This document shows positions 45,400-60,250 of a stretch of 64,000 nucleotides of DNA, one piece after another. The stretch lies in contig JBODTK010000015.1 in the NCBI GenBank assembly GCA_050613775.1, positions 186,001 through 250,000 on the forward strand, given 5' to 3'. The notes under the pieces are model-generated. The model was not told the origin of the DNA, searched no databases, and was given only the letters and a program-made list of their open reading frames with translations. The position numbers were made by a program, and so were the translations under genes. Origin of the DNA: Neocallimastix sp. 'constans' (taxonomy: Eukaryota). Every line of letters starts with the position of its first letter. The stretch's first letter is position 1.

Positions 45400-45868
45400 G
45401 TCAGCTAACATGTTGTTGGTATTAATAAATTTTATTTCAATTTCTTTAATTTCAACGTGTTCTTTATCGAAATAGAAACTCACAGTTATATGTCAAAGCA
45501 TACCTAATAAATTCGAGAATATAGGTTTCAAAATCTCCAAGTCGTTTTTGTTTGATAATTTTGAGCTTTTGATTAGCAATGAAGGATGAAGGTAGTAACG
45601 TAATCATCATAAAGGATTTCATTCATGTTATAAATGTATCATAATTGAATAAACAAGGATCTTGATTCTCCAGAAGAGAAGCTGCCCAATTCATCACATT
45701 TCCATATGATCTAGAGATAACATTGATTACCTTAGTTTTGTCGTTTTCGGATCATTCTAGATTTATCATAACCATCAAATTCATTTTTGCTAGGAATCCT
45801 TTTAAGTAGCGCTTGTCAACGGCTAAATTATCTTTAAAGGTTACGTTGTTAAAATTTGGTTCCTCCAT
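45400..45868 (-). mobile_element. Degraded retrotransposon gag fragment (Ty3/Gypsy-like)
   Basis: Minus strand, across a frameshift: LKGFLAKMNLM...DKTKVINVISRSYGNVMNWAASLLENQDPCLFNYDTF, matching the D..KV..+IS...G....WA pattern of Gypsy capsids. Confidence 0.6.
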
Positions 45869-47499
45869 TTTTTTGAATGGCTTAGAACTAGAATAAATAT
45901 TTTATAAAAGGCTTTTTTAATTTAGGTTTAGAGAGAATAAATTGTATTGAAATAGTAAGGAATAAATAAATAATTATTTTTAATTATGATTATCTTTAAA
46001 TCATTATACATTATAAGCCGAATTGTATAGTATTGAGCTAAGAAGTATATAATTTATTAGAGTTTTACATGGAAAATCTCTTTATCTCCTTAGCGATAAA
46101 CACTAAATAAGTTGATTGTTAGCACCGAATAAATGGTTGTATGAAGTAATGTCACTATATTTTTATAATATCGTATTTATTGTTTGCCTAAAAAGTAGAG
46201 CGAATTAATTTATAGGCAAATTCTAAATGTCAAAGTTATATGATAACGATGCTTAATTATTGTCGCTTTGAGAGCTAGGTAAGACTTTTATATATATCAA
46301 AAAAATTTTTTTAAAATTTAATTATAATTAAAAAAAATAATTTATTTTATTGAAGACATTTTTTCAGAAGAATATATTATATATTGGATGAGTTGATATA
46401 GTGATATACTTCAAATTTTTCTTTAATAATTAGAAATCGAATTTGATTTATCAAATTAAAAGGAGTTTGACAGAAAGAGTAATTCAGGTTAATTTAGATA
46501 TAAATTGGGTAGATAAAAGAGAGAAATAAAACAGTATGCTTTTTGGATATATAAAAAGGATTAAAAATAGTTTAAATTGAAGAAGGATAAGAGTTTCTGT
46601 AACGGATTTATAAAAATATTAATAAGATTAAAAATAACAATTTATATTAACTTCACAATATAACAATGACAAGGGTTTTATCAGGGATTGAGCCTGACTC
46701 ACCTCTTATTTTCTTCTCGAGTGAACAAACTATCACCTGTTGAAGTGTGTAGTTGCCTTCAACGTGAAGGTTTTACAATTTAAGGACGTATTTGCCTAAT
46801 TGCTAAGGGTTTTCTCCTTGAGATACTCGCATTTATAATCTGCAAATATCTCATAAAATTCTAAATACGAGTTTATAAAATTAATACCCTATAAGTTAAT
46901 ACTATCTTTCTTAAATATTAAATTCTTAAATTTATTAGTTTTATATTTAATAGCCTAGAAATAAGTATTGGGAAATCAAAAGATATACAGTAGAAACCCA
47001 AAATAAAATGGTAAGTATCAAGAATAGATAGATAATCAGTAGAAGCCAAAATAAGTAGTAGAAACCAAAATAGGAGGCAGAAACCAAAGAAAACCATAAA
47101 TATCAATGAAAGAGGTATATACTAAAGATAGGAGGTGGATACTTAAAGGTTAATTGTAGCACTTGGAGTATTACAAAGGTATTATGTTTTAAGATGAAGG
47201 TAATTTTATTGTCACCATGGTTGTTACACAACAGGTTTGAAATACATAAATAAGTAATTTGCATTATTAATTTGTAAAATTATAAAATAATATTTATTTA
47301 TTTATTTATTATTAATTAACCGTTATGATATGTCAAAAATCATATTAACTACTTAATATATAATATAAGCACTAAGAAAAATTATTTTTCAATGTGAAAT
47401 TCACATTTATTTATATTTTTTCTAAATAACATAATTTGAATTGATTAAAGTTCGAGAAATTGAGATTTCTTTCTAGAAAATGAAAAAAGATAATTAATA

Positions 47500-48210
47500 A
47501 AATAGAAACTTCTGGTTTTATTCGGTTATGGAATTCCTAACCGAAGAAACTATTGAAGTTTCTTAAAAAATCTAGTTATACTAAATTAAAATTATTACAG
47601 ATTGGGAAAGTGTGTAAAGTTGAACCTAGAGAGTTTGATTTGATGATCATGATATGATACCATAAGATCATGATAACTCTTTAACTAGCTTTAGGCAAAC
47701 AAAATTGACTATAATAATGAGCCAAAAATATTGCAACATCTGTAAAATAAAGAAGGACACTATACATATGATTGTGAAAACAAAGTTGAATGGAAAACTA
47801 CAAAGTTCAAGGGAGAAAAAAGAAGAGATACTAAACCATCAAACAAAAGAAAATTTACCGACAATAGAAAAACCCGCTAGATTCAACAAACAAGGAACAG
47901 TAAATAATATCTAGTACGACCACCACTCAGACAAAGAAATCTTCTAGTTATTAAGGCTATATAGGAAATGAATTAAATATCATTGAATGAAGATATATAT
48001 AACAATACTGAAGATAGATAACATCTCCTTGTCAAATCAATAGATAGCACTACTATTTGAACTTTTTATACAGGAACTTTAGAACATATCACTAATAATA
48101 TTAATATTTTATTGAATTGTAAAGAACATAAAATAATTATGAGCAAACAATTCAAATTATAAATTTGATGGAATGGGCACTTTCGAAGGTACAATTAATG
48201 AGGGGCTATT
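47500..48210 (+). mobile_element. Probable Copia gag-protease remnant
   Basis: Zinc-knuckle-like KYCNICK (47726-47746) followed by decayed protease-like FYTGTLEHITNN (~48065-48100). Confidence 0.4.
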
Positions 48211-48973
48211 AACGTTATGAATTTAAAGTTATGTTAAATTTCTATAATAGTAATTATCTTATATTTTATTATTAATTTATATTATGTATTAGTAATAGAT
48301 TTACATGTTGTATTAAATAGTAATAAGTCACAATAATAATAATTATTTAATTATATATTTTCCACAATATTATTTTATGTTCTGAATAGAATAATTTACT
48401 TTCTAAATAGATTTATATAAATAGCTCACATTTTTACTTTAGATTTATTATCTTTGTATATCTTTATTTATCTTTAATAAATAATAAAAAAAAAAAAAAA
48501 AAAAAGATAAAAAATTAAAAAAATAAATAAATAATTGAATAGACTATTAAAAAAATAATTAATTAGTTAATTGAATGGATGTAAAACTAAATAAATAAAT
48601 AAATATACTAAAAAGAATCATTTCAAATTTTTTACTTATTTTTAATTAAACTTTGTTATTTATAATAATTATATCTTTTATATATTATATAATATATAAC
48701 ATAAGTAATATATAATATATTAACACATATAAAACATATATATAACATATATAATATTTATAATAGATATTTTAATTTATTTTATATTTTTTTAAATATT
48801 TTATTTTATTTTATTTTTTAAATAATTTAATTTTTAACTCTTTTTCATATTAATATTTTAAAACAACATCAATATTACTTAAATTAATATTTTTTTTTAT
48901 ACAGTCAATAGCTATATATCATTCTTATTAAAATAATTAATAATTAATATAAAATATTATTTAATTATTCAAA

Positions 48974-49598
48974 ATGTCTGACTTTGATGATGATGATTTT
49001 ATGGTAAATTTATAAATAAAACTATTTATTGAATAATACATTTTATATATATATATATATATTATATATTTATATTTCATTGTATTCTTCAGTTTCAATA
49101 AAAGAAATGTTTATTTGAGTCAAGAAAAAAAAAAAAATTGAAAAAATGTATCGAAAGCTTTCTATTATATTTATATTATATTTTATTAGTGGAAATTTAT
49201 ATTTTTTAAATTCTTTTTTTTTTCGAAAAATCAATAATAATTATATTTGAAATCTTTCTATTAATTTCTATATAATGGATAAATCATTTATTATTAAATT
49301 TTGAAATTTCAATTTATAAACTTAAAAAAAAAAAAAAAAGAGTGGTTAAATATTTCTGTTATAATACACAATAAAAACAATTTATTTTAAATAACTAAAG
49401 GGATATGACAAAATTATTATGAAGAAATTTTAAATTATTCATATTTGCATTCATTTTTAATTATTTAAATAAATATATAAAATTTAATAAATAATAATTC
49501 ATTACAACATATTGAACTAAAACATTAAACCATTTTCATAAATTATATTGAATTTCATTTTATATTTATTATTAATATCAAAATAAAATTTATAATAA

Positions 49599-49656
<58 letters not shown>

Positions 49657-50785
49657 CAAATAATAGGTTGAAGATGATGAAGTTTATGACTTTGATTCTG
49701 AATACGATGATGAAAATGAAGAAGAAGAACAAAATGTTGATTTAGAAAACAAATATTATAATGCAAAAGGTTTTAATCAATAAAAAATTTTTATTTTTCA
49801 TTTATAACATTTTATATTTAATTATTAAATAATATATACATAAAGAATCAATTCATTATTTACACATAAATTCATTTATTTTATGTAGTATAAAAAAAAT
49901 CAAAATTTCAATTTAATGAAAATTAAAGTATAATTTTTTTTATATATAATAATTTAATTAATTCTAAATTTCATAAATTTAATAGCATTGAAAGAAGACA
50001 GTCCAGAAGATGCAATAAGAGAATTTCAAAATGTAATTGAATCAGATACAGAACAAAGTGATTGGTAATGTCTATTTATATTTATTTATTATTATATATT
50101 ATTATATTATTATATTATTATTTATTATTATTTATTATTTATTTTTAGTACTTATTATATACTCATAAATATAATATATAAATTATTAAAATATTTTTTT
50201 TTTTGTTTTCAAATAAATATAAATTTAAATTTTCTGTTATGGTGCCATTAGGAGTTTCAAAGCTTCTAAACAAACTGTAAAAGTTTCATTGAAAATTAAG
50301 GATTATGAAGGAGTACATTTTATTTATTTACTAATAAAATTATTATATAAATATATTTTTTTTTGTGTCATCAATTGAAGCAATATATATATATAAAGAA
50401 AAAGAAAATAAAAATTAAATAAAATACGTTTTATTAATGAAATATATATATATATATGTGTATATATAAACTTATTTATTTATTTTCTAGGCAATAAAAT
50501 ATTATAAATATTTATTAAATTTATTAAATATAGTACCAAAAAGCTATGGAGAAAAATCTATTAATAATATTCTTGATTATGCTTCAAATTCTGATAGTAT
50601 TGAATTTTTGGAACAATTTTATGAAATCACTTTAAAAAAATTAGAAGAAACAAAAAATGATGTAGGTTTAGGAATATCCAATTATTATTTATTAAATATC
50701 AATTACATTATAAACTAAACAAAAATTCAATTTAATTAAATTTATATCAAAATTCAATAACAACAATAATAGTAATCAAATATTA

Positions 50786-50837
<52 letters not shown>

Positions 50838-51381
50838 TTATTATAAATATATCAATCAATATAGAGATTATGGTTAAAAACTAATTTAAAATTAGCAAAA
50901 TTATTACTTGATAATCGTGAATATGATAAATTAACTAAAGTTCTTGATCAATTACATCAAGTATGTGAACAAGAAAATAAATCAGAAAGTCAAGGTACTC
51001 TTCTTATTGAAGTTTTTGCTATTGAAATTCAAATGTACACTGAAATGAAAAATACTAAGAAATTAAAGGTAATCTTATATGTCATTTAGTAAAATTTCAA
51101 ATGTTTATCTATGATTTTATTTTATTTTTATTTTATTTTTATTGATATAAGTGTATATAAATAAATAAATAAATATATCATTAAAAATAAAATAATTAAT
51201 ATAATATATTTATTATAAATTGTTATTTAAATTTTAATTTTAATTTTAATTTATTTATTTATTTTTAAAGCCATTATATCAAAGATGTTTAAATGTTAAA
51301 TACGCTATACCACATCCAAGAATTATGGTAATTTTTTTCCTTTTTTTTTTTAATAGTTAAATAATTTTTATTATTTATATT

Positions 51382-51422
<41 letters not shown>

Positions 51423-51762
51423 CATTTCGTTTATATATAAAAATATAGGGTATTATTCGTGAGTGTGGTGGTAAAATGCATATGATTGAAGGTATTTTTT
51501 TTTAAAAAAAAGAAAAATTGTTATTTGAACTATAATTAATTTATATTTTGATTACATATATATATGGATACTATTAACTTTTATATTAATTATATGTTTA
51601 TTATTTAAATTAATAATAATAATAAAAAAAAAAGGTAAATGGCAAGATGCTCAAACAGATTTCTTTGAAGCATTTAAAAATTTCGATGAAGCTGGTAGTC
51701 CTCAAAGAATTCAATGTTTAAAGTAATTATTAATATAATAACTTTTTAATATATTATATAAT

Positions 51763-51797
<35 letters not shown>

Positions 51798-53074
51798 TTT
51801 ATAAAATTTAATATATTTAATAAATATATATATATGATTATGTATATTTTTTATTATATATAGGTATTTAGTTTTAGCTAATATGTTATCTGAATCAGAA
51901 ATTAATCCATTCGATTCTCAAGAAACAAAGCCGTAAGTTTTTTTTTTTTTTATTTTCTTTTATTTTATTTATTTATTTATAATAATAATTCATTTTTTAA
52001 ATTGATAATATTCATTAAAACCAATCCTATATAAATATATATAAATATTATTAAATAATAAAAACAATCATAATAAAAGATATAAAAATGATCACCAAAT
52101 TGTAGCTTTAACCAATTTAATTAATGCTTACCAAAGAGTTGATATAGATGAATTTGAAAATATTTTAAAAAGTAAGGGAGAAAAATTAATTTAATTTTTT
52201 AAACTATTCCTAATATGATAGATTTTATATTTAAATATATATACTTTATATATATATATTAAATAATATATTTATAAATATATAATCATTTATTTATTTG
52301 AATAAAAAAAAAATAAAATATAATATAAAATAAAATAAAAAATAACATCATTAAATAGAAAATAAGAGTACTATTATGGATGATCCATTTATTCGTACCT
52401 ATATGGATGATGTTATAAAAAATATTCGTTCCCAAGTTTTAATTCGTTTAATTAAACCATATACAAGAATAAAACTTTCATTTGCTTCCAAAGTAAATAT
52501 ATATATATTAATTATTATTACAATTATATAGTTAATAGTTTAATTTTTATAAAAAAATTAATATAAATATTATATATATATTTATATATATAAAATTAAG
52601 ACATATTTATTATTAAAATTTTTTATTTATTTAATTATTTTATTTTATATAGAAATTAAATATAACATCACAAGAAGTTGAAGAATTACTTGTAGATTTA
52701 ATTTTAGATAAAAAAATTAATGGTTATATTGATCAAATAAATCAAATTTTAGAAGTTGAACATGAGTATGTATTTTATTTCTATAATTATATATATATAT
52801 ATATATCAATCATTTTATATTCTATATATATTGAATAATGCATTATCATTATTTTAATATTAACCCTTAATTATTATTTTATTATTATTTTTAATTTTAA
52901 TTTTTATTTTTTTTTTTTTTTTTTTTTTTTTTTTCCAAATTTAATTAATTAATTAATTAATTAATTAATTATTATAAAAATAGTAATCAAAGTATCAATT
53001 ATTATCCAGATATTGATAAATGGAGTAAGAATGTTGAAAGATTAATCAAATCTTATGATCGAAAATTGGATTAA
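48974..53074 (+). CDS. CSN2: COP9 signalosome complex subunit 2 (PCI domain), 14 exons
   Basis: Exons 48974-49003, 49667-49769, 49986-50064, 50252-50312, 50491-50661, 50865-51068, 51271-51327, 51449-51491, 51635-51722, 51864-51932, 52080-52171, 52359-52492, 52653-52765, 52984-53074. Spliced product contains [83 protein letters not shown] and LIKPYTRI. Confidence 0.96.
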
Positions 53075-54136
53075 AGTTAAAAAGAAAAGAAAAAGTTTTT
53101 TTTTTAAAAAAAAAATTATAATCATAATAATCAAAAATAAAAATGAAAAAATAAAAATAAAATAAATAATAAAACTAAATACAAAAAATATATATAATTA
53201 TAAAAATAAAAACAAAAAAATAAAAATTAAATTATATAGTTAGTTAGTATTAAATAAGCATATTCATATATAAATTTTTTCTTTTTTTCTACAATTTTTT
53301 TTTTTTTTATTTTAAACTATTATAACAATAATAAATACATTAAGAAATTATAATTAATAATAATAATAATTAAATTTTGTCCTTAATTATTGATGACAAA
53401 AAAATATATATAAAATAAAAATTTTTTTTTTAAAAAAAAAAAAAAAAATCAATAAACATAAATAAAAACTTTACAACATTTAATAAAAAAAAAAAAAAAA
53501 AAAAATGCATGTATATATCTATAAAAAAAAAAAAAATAAAATAAAATAAAAAAAAATAAAAAAAAAAAATAAAATAAAAAAAAATAATATATAAAGAAAA
53601 TGAAAAAAGAAAAAAAAAATTTTTTAAAAATTAATTTACAACCCTCCAAGATTTTTTTTTTTTTTATATCTATTCCAATATATATTATATACTATAAAAA
53701 AAAATAATAAAAAAATAAAAATAAAATAAAATAAAAAATAAAAATAAAATAAAAAATAAAATAAAATAAAAAATAAAATAAAATAAAAAATAAAATAAAA
53801 TAAAATAAAAAATAAAATAAAATAAAAAATAAAAAAAAAATAAAATAAAATAAAATAAATATATATATATATATAATTAATTGTGTAGAAATCATTCGCC
53901 ACACTCTCTATTTTAAAGATGTTACTTCTAGGTTTTATAATTTTTTTATTTGTTAGGAAGGGAAAATTCCCACATAGTACAACTTGCCGAAATACATAGT
54001 ATTTTTGAGCTTTTTTATTTTTATTTTTTTTTTTTTTTAACTTTTATTTTTATTTTTAATTTATAATGTACTTTTCACCTACATGTATTTTTTATAATAA
54101 GATTAATATATTTATGGAAGTGTATTATCTTCCCTG

Positions 54137-54178
<42 letters not shown>

Positions 54179-55820
54179 TAGAAATCATTGTCATTGTTAT
54201 TTAATTGTTTGTAAATACTATTCTAATAACTTTTTCTCTTATAATTACTTTTAATTATTAATTTATTAAATAAGAAAATGTATTTACTTTTATGTTAAAA
54301 TATATATATATATTTAAAATATATTTTTAATATTAAAATGAGGATTAAAAATAATAATAATAAAATATATATATAAATATATATATATATATAATTAATT
54401 TTATGATAATAATTCATTATTATCAATTTATGGACCTATGTTAACGTTGGTTTGTGCTCCTAATAAAATTTTCAGTGTTTGTATCGAGTAATTAATAGTA
54501 ATGAAAATTTTTATGTAGAAATCAAGTCACTTTTATTTAATTGTATACAACTCCTATACTTTTCTCATATATTTGTTGACATCGTAACGATATGGCAAAG
54601 GAATAGTACAGTTAATTCTCATCAATACACATTTACTAACAGCACAGAACCTATAGTAAGTAATTCAATTTTTGATGATCTTTCTTGTGGTTACCACATT
54701 ATCTATTTTAAAGACGATGCTACTTTTTTTGTTTTATTAGTTTAGATTTAACTGGTAATCATGTTACTACACATAGTATACATCACACTGAAAATTTTTC
54801 TTTAACTTTCAAACTTATTTTGATTCTCTAATTCATTAAATATTTAATGATTAATTAATTTTTTTTTTTTTTTTTTACTTAATTTTTTTACATATATTTT
54901 ATTTTTATCCTTAAATTATATAATGTATTTTTTTTTTAAAAAAAAATGTAATACATAAAAATATTTTAATCTATTTAATAAAGCACTGGAAGTATATACT
55001 CTTCTTAGTTTAAAAAAAATTTTTTTCTTTCATATTACTTTTATTATTAATTTATTAACGAAGAAAATGTATTTACTTTTATGTTAATATAAATATATAT
55101 AAAATATTAAAATGAGGATTAAAATAATAAAAAAAATATATAAAAAAAAAAGTTAGAAAAAGTTTTTTATTTATTACTTTAATTTTTTTTTTTATTTATA
55201 ATATATATTATATTTATATTACATTTGATTTTTTTAAATCAAAAATTACATAAAAAAAAATAAATAAATAAATAAAAAACAAGTTGAATAATTATATATA
55301 TATATATATAATAATAATAAAAAAAGGGGGAAGATAATAAAAAAAAAAAAAATGAATAATATATATATTTTGATATTTATTAGTTTTAAGATACTTGTCC
55401 AATAATTTAAAAATAAATTAATTGTTTTTCTTAATAATATTTTGAATAATTAAAAATAAAAAGTAGGAGCATATAGATTATGAAAAAAAAAATAATTGTT
55501 TGTTTAAATAAATCAACTTCTTAAAAATAATATTAATAATAATACAAGATCCTTCATAAACATAGAAATATAAAAATTAAATTTTAGAGAAAAATATATA
55601 TATATAAATACTTTTTTTTTATTTTTATGTATATTTTTTTTGTTAATAAATTATTTAAATAGAAATATTTAATGTAACTTCTTTTAGAATATTCATTGAA
55701 ATATATATATATATTTTTTTTATTCATTTGATCTTTCATTTAACATTTAATTTATATATAGATGGATAGATAGATAGATATTATTTATTATCCTTGTTAT
55801 TATTATTATTCTAATGATTA

Positions 55821-56363
55821 TTATTCACTTTTAATACTATAATTTCTTGTAATTCTACGAATGTATTCCACTTGTTCCATACTAGAGTTTTCCCATAAAT
55901 CAATGGTATTTTGAATATTATGAATGACTTCATCCTGTGAGTTTATAATTTTACTTTGTTCTTCTATTCTTGAAGCTTGAACTTTTATTCTATTTTCATA
56001 TTGTTGATTTTTCTGCGATAATAATTTATTGGCATCCGATAAATTATTCAATTTTTCAGTCAACTCATCATTCTCTTTCGTAAGCTTATCATAATCATCA
56101 CTGAGATCTTTCACTCGAGCTTCCAGATACTTATTTGAATTCTCCAACGAGAAATATTTTTTTTTCTCCTCCGATAGCTTCTTCTTTAGATCCTTTGCCA
56201 TCTTTGTTAATTGTGCATTATTATTTTGTAACTTTTCCATAAATGAATTATCATCACATAATAATAATATATTTCGGGCCAATTCTGCTATATCATTAGA
56301 CCAACTTTTAATTTGTGATTGTTTCTTTTCAATTTCATTAGTTTCCATTTTATTAGTTTCCAT
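55821..56363 (-). CDS. Hypothetical coiled-coil protein, 180 aa, intronless
   Basis: Clean ORF with coding-like GC in an AT-rich surround and heptad-like L/E/K/N periodicity; no family recognised. Confidence 0.6.
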   Translation of the reverse strand: METNKMETNEIEKKQSQIKSWSNDIAELARNILLLCDDNSFMEKLQNNNAQLTKMAKDLKKKLSEEKKKYFSLENSNKYLEARVKDLSDDYDKLTKENDELTEKLNNLSDANKLLSQKNQQYENRIKVQASRIEEQSKIINSQDEVIHNIQNTIDLWENSSMEQVEYIRRITRNYSIKSE

Positions 56364-56912
56364 TTTGTTCTTATAAATATATATATTTTTCTAATTCAAT
56401 AATATTATTTTATATTATATTATATATTATATTTTGTTTTTATTTTATTTTTATTTTATATTCAATTTGATAATAATATTAAGATTTCAAAGAACAAAAA
56501 AAAAATTAATAATATATACAATAATTTTTATTCCTAAATAATATATTAAATATTTTTATTTTTATTGATTTATTTATCTTTTATTATTGAGTTCTTGATT
56601 TTGATAATGTACAAAATAAAAAAAAATGTTTTATATGTATATACTTTGTTTATGTATAAAAAATATATTTATATATATTATAAAAAATTAAAAGAAAAAT
56701 TAAAATAAAAGAAAAAAAAAAAAAAATTAAAATTAATTTGTTATCTTAATTTTTATTTTTTTTTTTTTTTTTTTTTTATTATATGTATAATACATAACAC
56801 AAGTTTTAATTAATTTTGTAATCCAAATAGAAATTAAAATATTTTAATTTCTTTTGTTTTTTATTTCATATTTTTTTAAATTTTTTAATTTTAAATTTTT
56901 ATTTGTTTTTTA

Positions 56913-56957
<45 letters not shown>

Positions 56958-59010
56958 CTTATTTCATATTTCTTATTTGAATTTGAATTTAAATCTATAA
57001 TTAAAATTGTCGGTCTCCCATATGTTGAAAAAAAAGTCTTTCCTACACAAAACTTTATAATTTGAAATATTTAAATTTTATTTTATAAAAAAAAAAAAAT
57101 TTTTTTTTTCTTGCGTTCTTTCTTTCTTTTTAACTTAAGATTTAATTGTTAACCATGAATTTTTTCTTTCTTTGTCATACATTTGTCTCCTCCTTATTTT
57201 TTTAATATTTGATATTCTTATCATATGTTATTCATAATAAAACTTTTTTAAAAAAAAAAAAAAAAATTATGAAAGTATATGTATAATATATATATATATT
57301 TATATGTATTTAAATTGTTAAATAATCAATATTTGGATTTTAATAAAAGTTAACTTTATTTATATTCAATAAACTTATAATAGATATATAAATTTATATA
57401 ATAATATTTTATTAATAAAGGAACAAAAAAGTTTAATATATAAAAATATAAAAATAATAATATTTCTTTAAATTATTATTTTTTTTTTTTTTTTGAAGTA
57501 ATAATAATAGAATGATCTTGTATCATGATGATTATTAATGCATATTAAAAATCTCAATGTTTTTGTTTTTTTGTTTATTTACTAACTTTATTCATTTAAA
57601 GTAAAAATACTTATTTCTTAATAATAACATTGTTTAATAAATTTATACATATAAAATACATTTAATGGATCATCCATATTTGAATTATATGTTTTAATAT
57701 AAATTATATAAAAGAACTTCTAGAAAATAAAAATTTTTACTATATTATTTGTATCATAAACTATATAAACTATATGATATTATTATTATATATCCTATTT
57801 ATTTGTAATGTACTATTTAATATTTAAAATTATAATAAAAGTTTATAATAAAATAAAAATATTAATTAAAATGATTAATTAAATTGTAAACTATTTTATT
57901 GTTTTAATAATTAAAAACATAATTTTTATTTTGATTATTTGTTTATTTATTTATTTATTTATATATAAATGAATTAAAAAAAAATTATGGCGTTTAATAT
58001 TATAAACGCCACACAGAAAAATGAAACTTTCTGAAATAAAATCAACACATATGAATAATTAAGTATTAAATTATTAAAAATATATAAATATTAGCTACAT
58101 TCTAATTATATATTATACTTAAAAATTAATACGCCTCAATAAGCCATATTATCAATACATTATTTATTAGATAGTTATTTTAAATCAATTTCAAATTTTA
58201 CTATATTTTGTTAAAACTTTAAATATAATATAATATATTCTCTTTTTTTTTTTTTTTTTTTTTTACTATGATTATGTGTCAAACATTCACATTAGGTTTT
58301 TTTGGATCGACCTCCCTGGGCAACAACTACCTGAATTTATATAGGGGGGTGAGCGATTTTCATTCATCCTAGAATAAGTATTTTTCCCCTATAAAAAATA
58401 AAGTTGGTGTTTGTTTGCTCTATCACTCACCCACTATGGTAAGTAATTCCTATGGCCTGATCGTATAATTGCTATTGAGGAGGAGAGTACATGATTTATC
58501 TAGAAATTCATAATTCCAAAAAAAAAAAAAAAAAAAAAAAAAAGAAAAAAAATAATATCTTTCTATCTTTCAAAATTATTATTAATTAAAAGGAATGGTT
58601 TTAAAGAAACAAAAAAAAAATTTATCATCAAACGAATTCTTCAAGTGAAAAATAAAAAGGATGATAATAAAATAAAAAAATTAAATCTTCTTGATAAATT
58701 CATTATATCTATAAAAACACCAAAACAAAACAAAAATAAGCCAACAATAAATGAACTTTTATTTTTTTTTTTTTTTTTTTTTTTTGATTTTTCAGTTTTA
58801 ATATTTTGAAAATTTACAGTCTATAAATAAAAAGTTTAATTTTTTTTTTTTTTTTTTTTTATTATATTTTTTTTTAATCTCTTAATTTAAAAAATATTAT
58901 TATAGAATATATATATATATATCTTTATAAATATATATATTTATATATTCATATATTTTTTATTTTTTATTTTTTATTTTTTATTTTTTTTTATTTTCTT
59001 TAAATATTAA

Positions 59011-59042
<32 letters not shown>

Positions 59043-59119
59043 GGTAAAATAGCTTTAAAAAATTATATATATATATATATATTTATTTATTTATTTAAAT
59101 TGTTTTTATTACTAATTAA

Positions 59120-60162
59120 TTATATAATTGAATAGTAATATACAATTTTAGATTTATCATGATCTTGAACCTTTTCTGCTTTTAATTGAATAACCTTTGG
59201 CTTATTGACATCCTTACTAATGGCTTTTCTTTGTTCATTTTTATACTTTGATGAAATTTTGTTACTTTTTTCTAATAACGATTGTTTTGTTTTTCTTGAA
59301 TTTTTAATTTCTCCTTTTTTTTTTAAAAAAAAAAAAAATTTAATTTATATAATATTTAATAAAATTCAAAAAAAAAAAAGTATATAATAAAATAAAATAA
59401 AAATAAATATAAAAAAATAAAAAAAAATTATTATATATATTATTAATAATATTATTATTATTTTAAAAAGCATTAAAAATTGAAATTAATAACTTAATAT
59501 TTCTTTCTTTTCTTTTTTATTTTCTTTTTTATTTTCTTTTTTATTTTTTTTTTTTTAAAAAAAATATATATATACAAAAAAGTGTATGTATATAAATTTT
59601 TTTATATTACTTTCTATAGTATTAATGCTATTTAGTAATTCTTGTGTAGATTTTGATTTCCTAATATTATCTATAATTATTATTATGATTATATCATTAG
59701 TTTATTATTTTTATTAATATTGAAATTATTATTTCCATTCTTTTTTTTTTTTTTTATTATGACATTCATGATGAATATTATTATTAATATTAAAAAATTT
59801 TTAAGTACCATTATTTTCTGGTATTTTGTAATCACTGCTGGTATTATTATGATTTTCTATTTCATCTTCATCATTATTTATGATATTACTATTTTCTTTA
59901 TTATTTATTTCTAATGTTTCAGAATCGTTTACTTTTTTTTTTTTTATTATTATTATTATTTAATATTATTTTGTTTATTATAATATATTATTTTTTATTA
60001 TATATATATATATATATTTTTATTTTGGAATGTATATAAACATTTATGTATTTAATAATGTTATTAAGCATTAAAAATGTTTTTAATTTATTTAATTTGT
60101 GTATTTTTTTTATTTTCAATTGTAAAAAGTAAAAAAAAATTTATAATGATTTAAAAAATATT

Positions 60163-60250
<88 letters not shown>

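Noticed and set aside
46598..47228. Possible solo LTR bounded by TGTAAC...GTTACA
   Set aside because: Only a 6-bp inverted match, and the flanks (GTTTC/CAACA) are not a target-site duplication.
54215..55135. ~140-bp imperfect direct repeats flanking an 88-aa ORF
   Set aside because: No TG..CA ends, TSD or recognisable protein motif; could not be classified.
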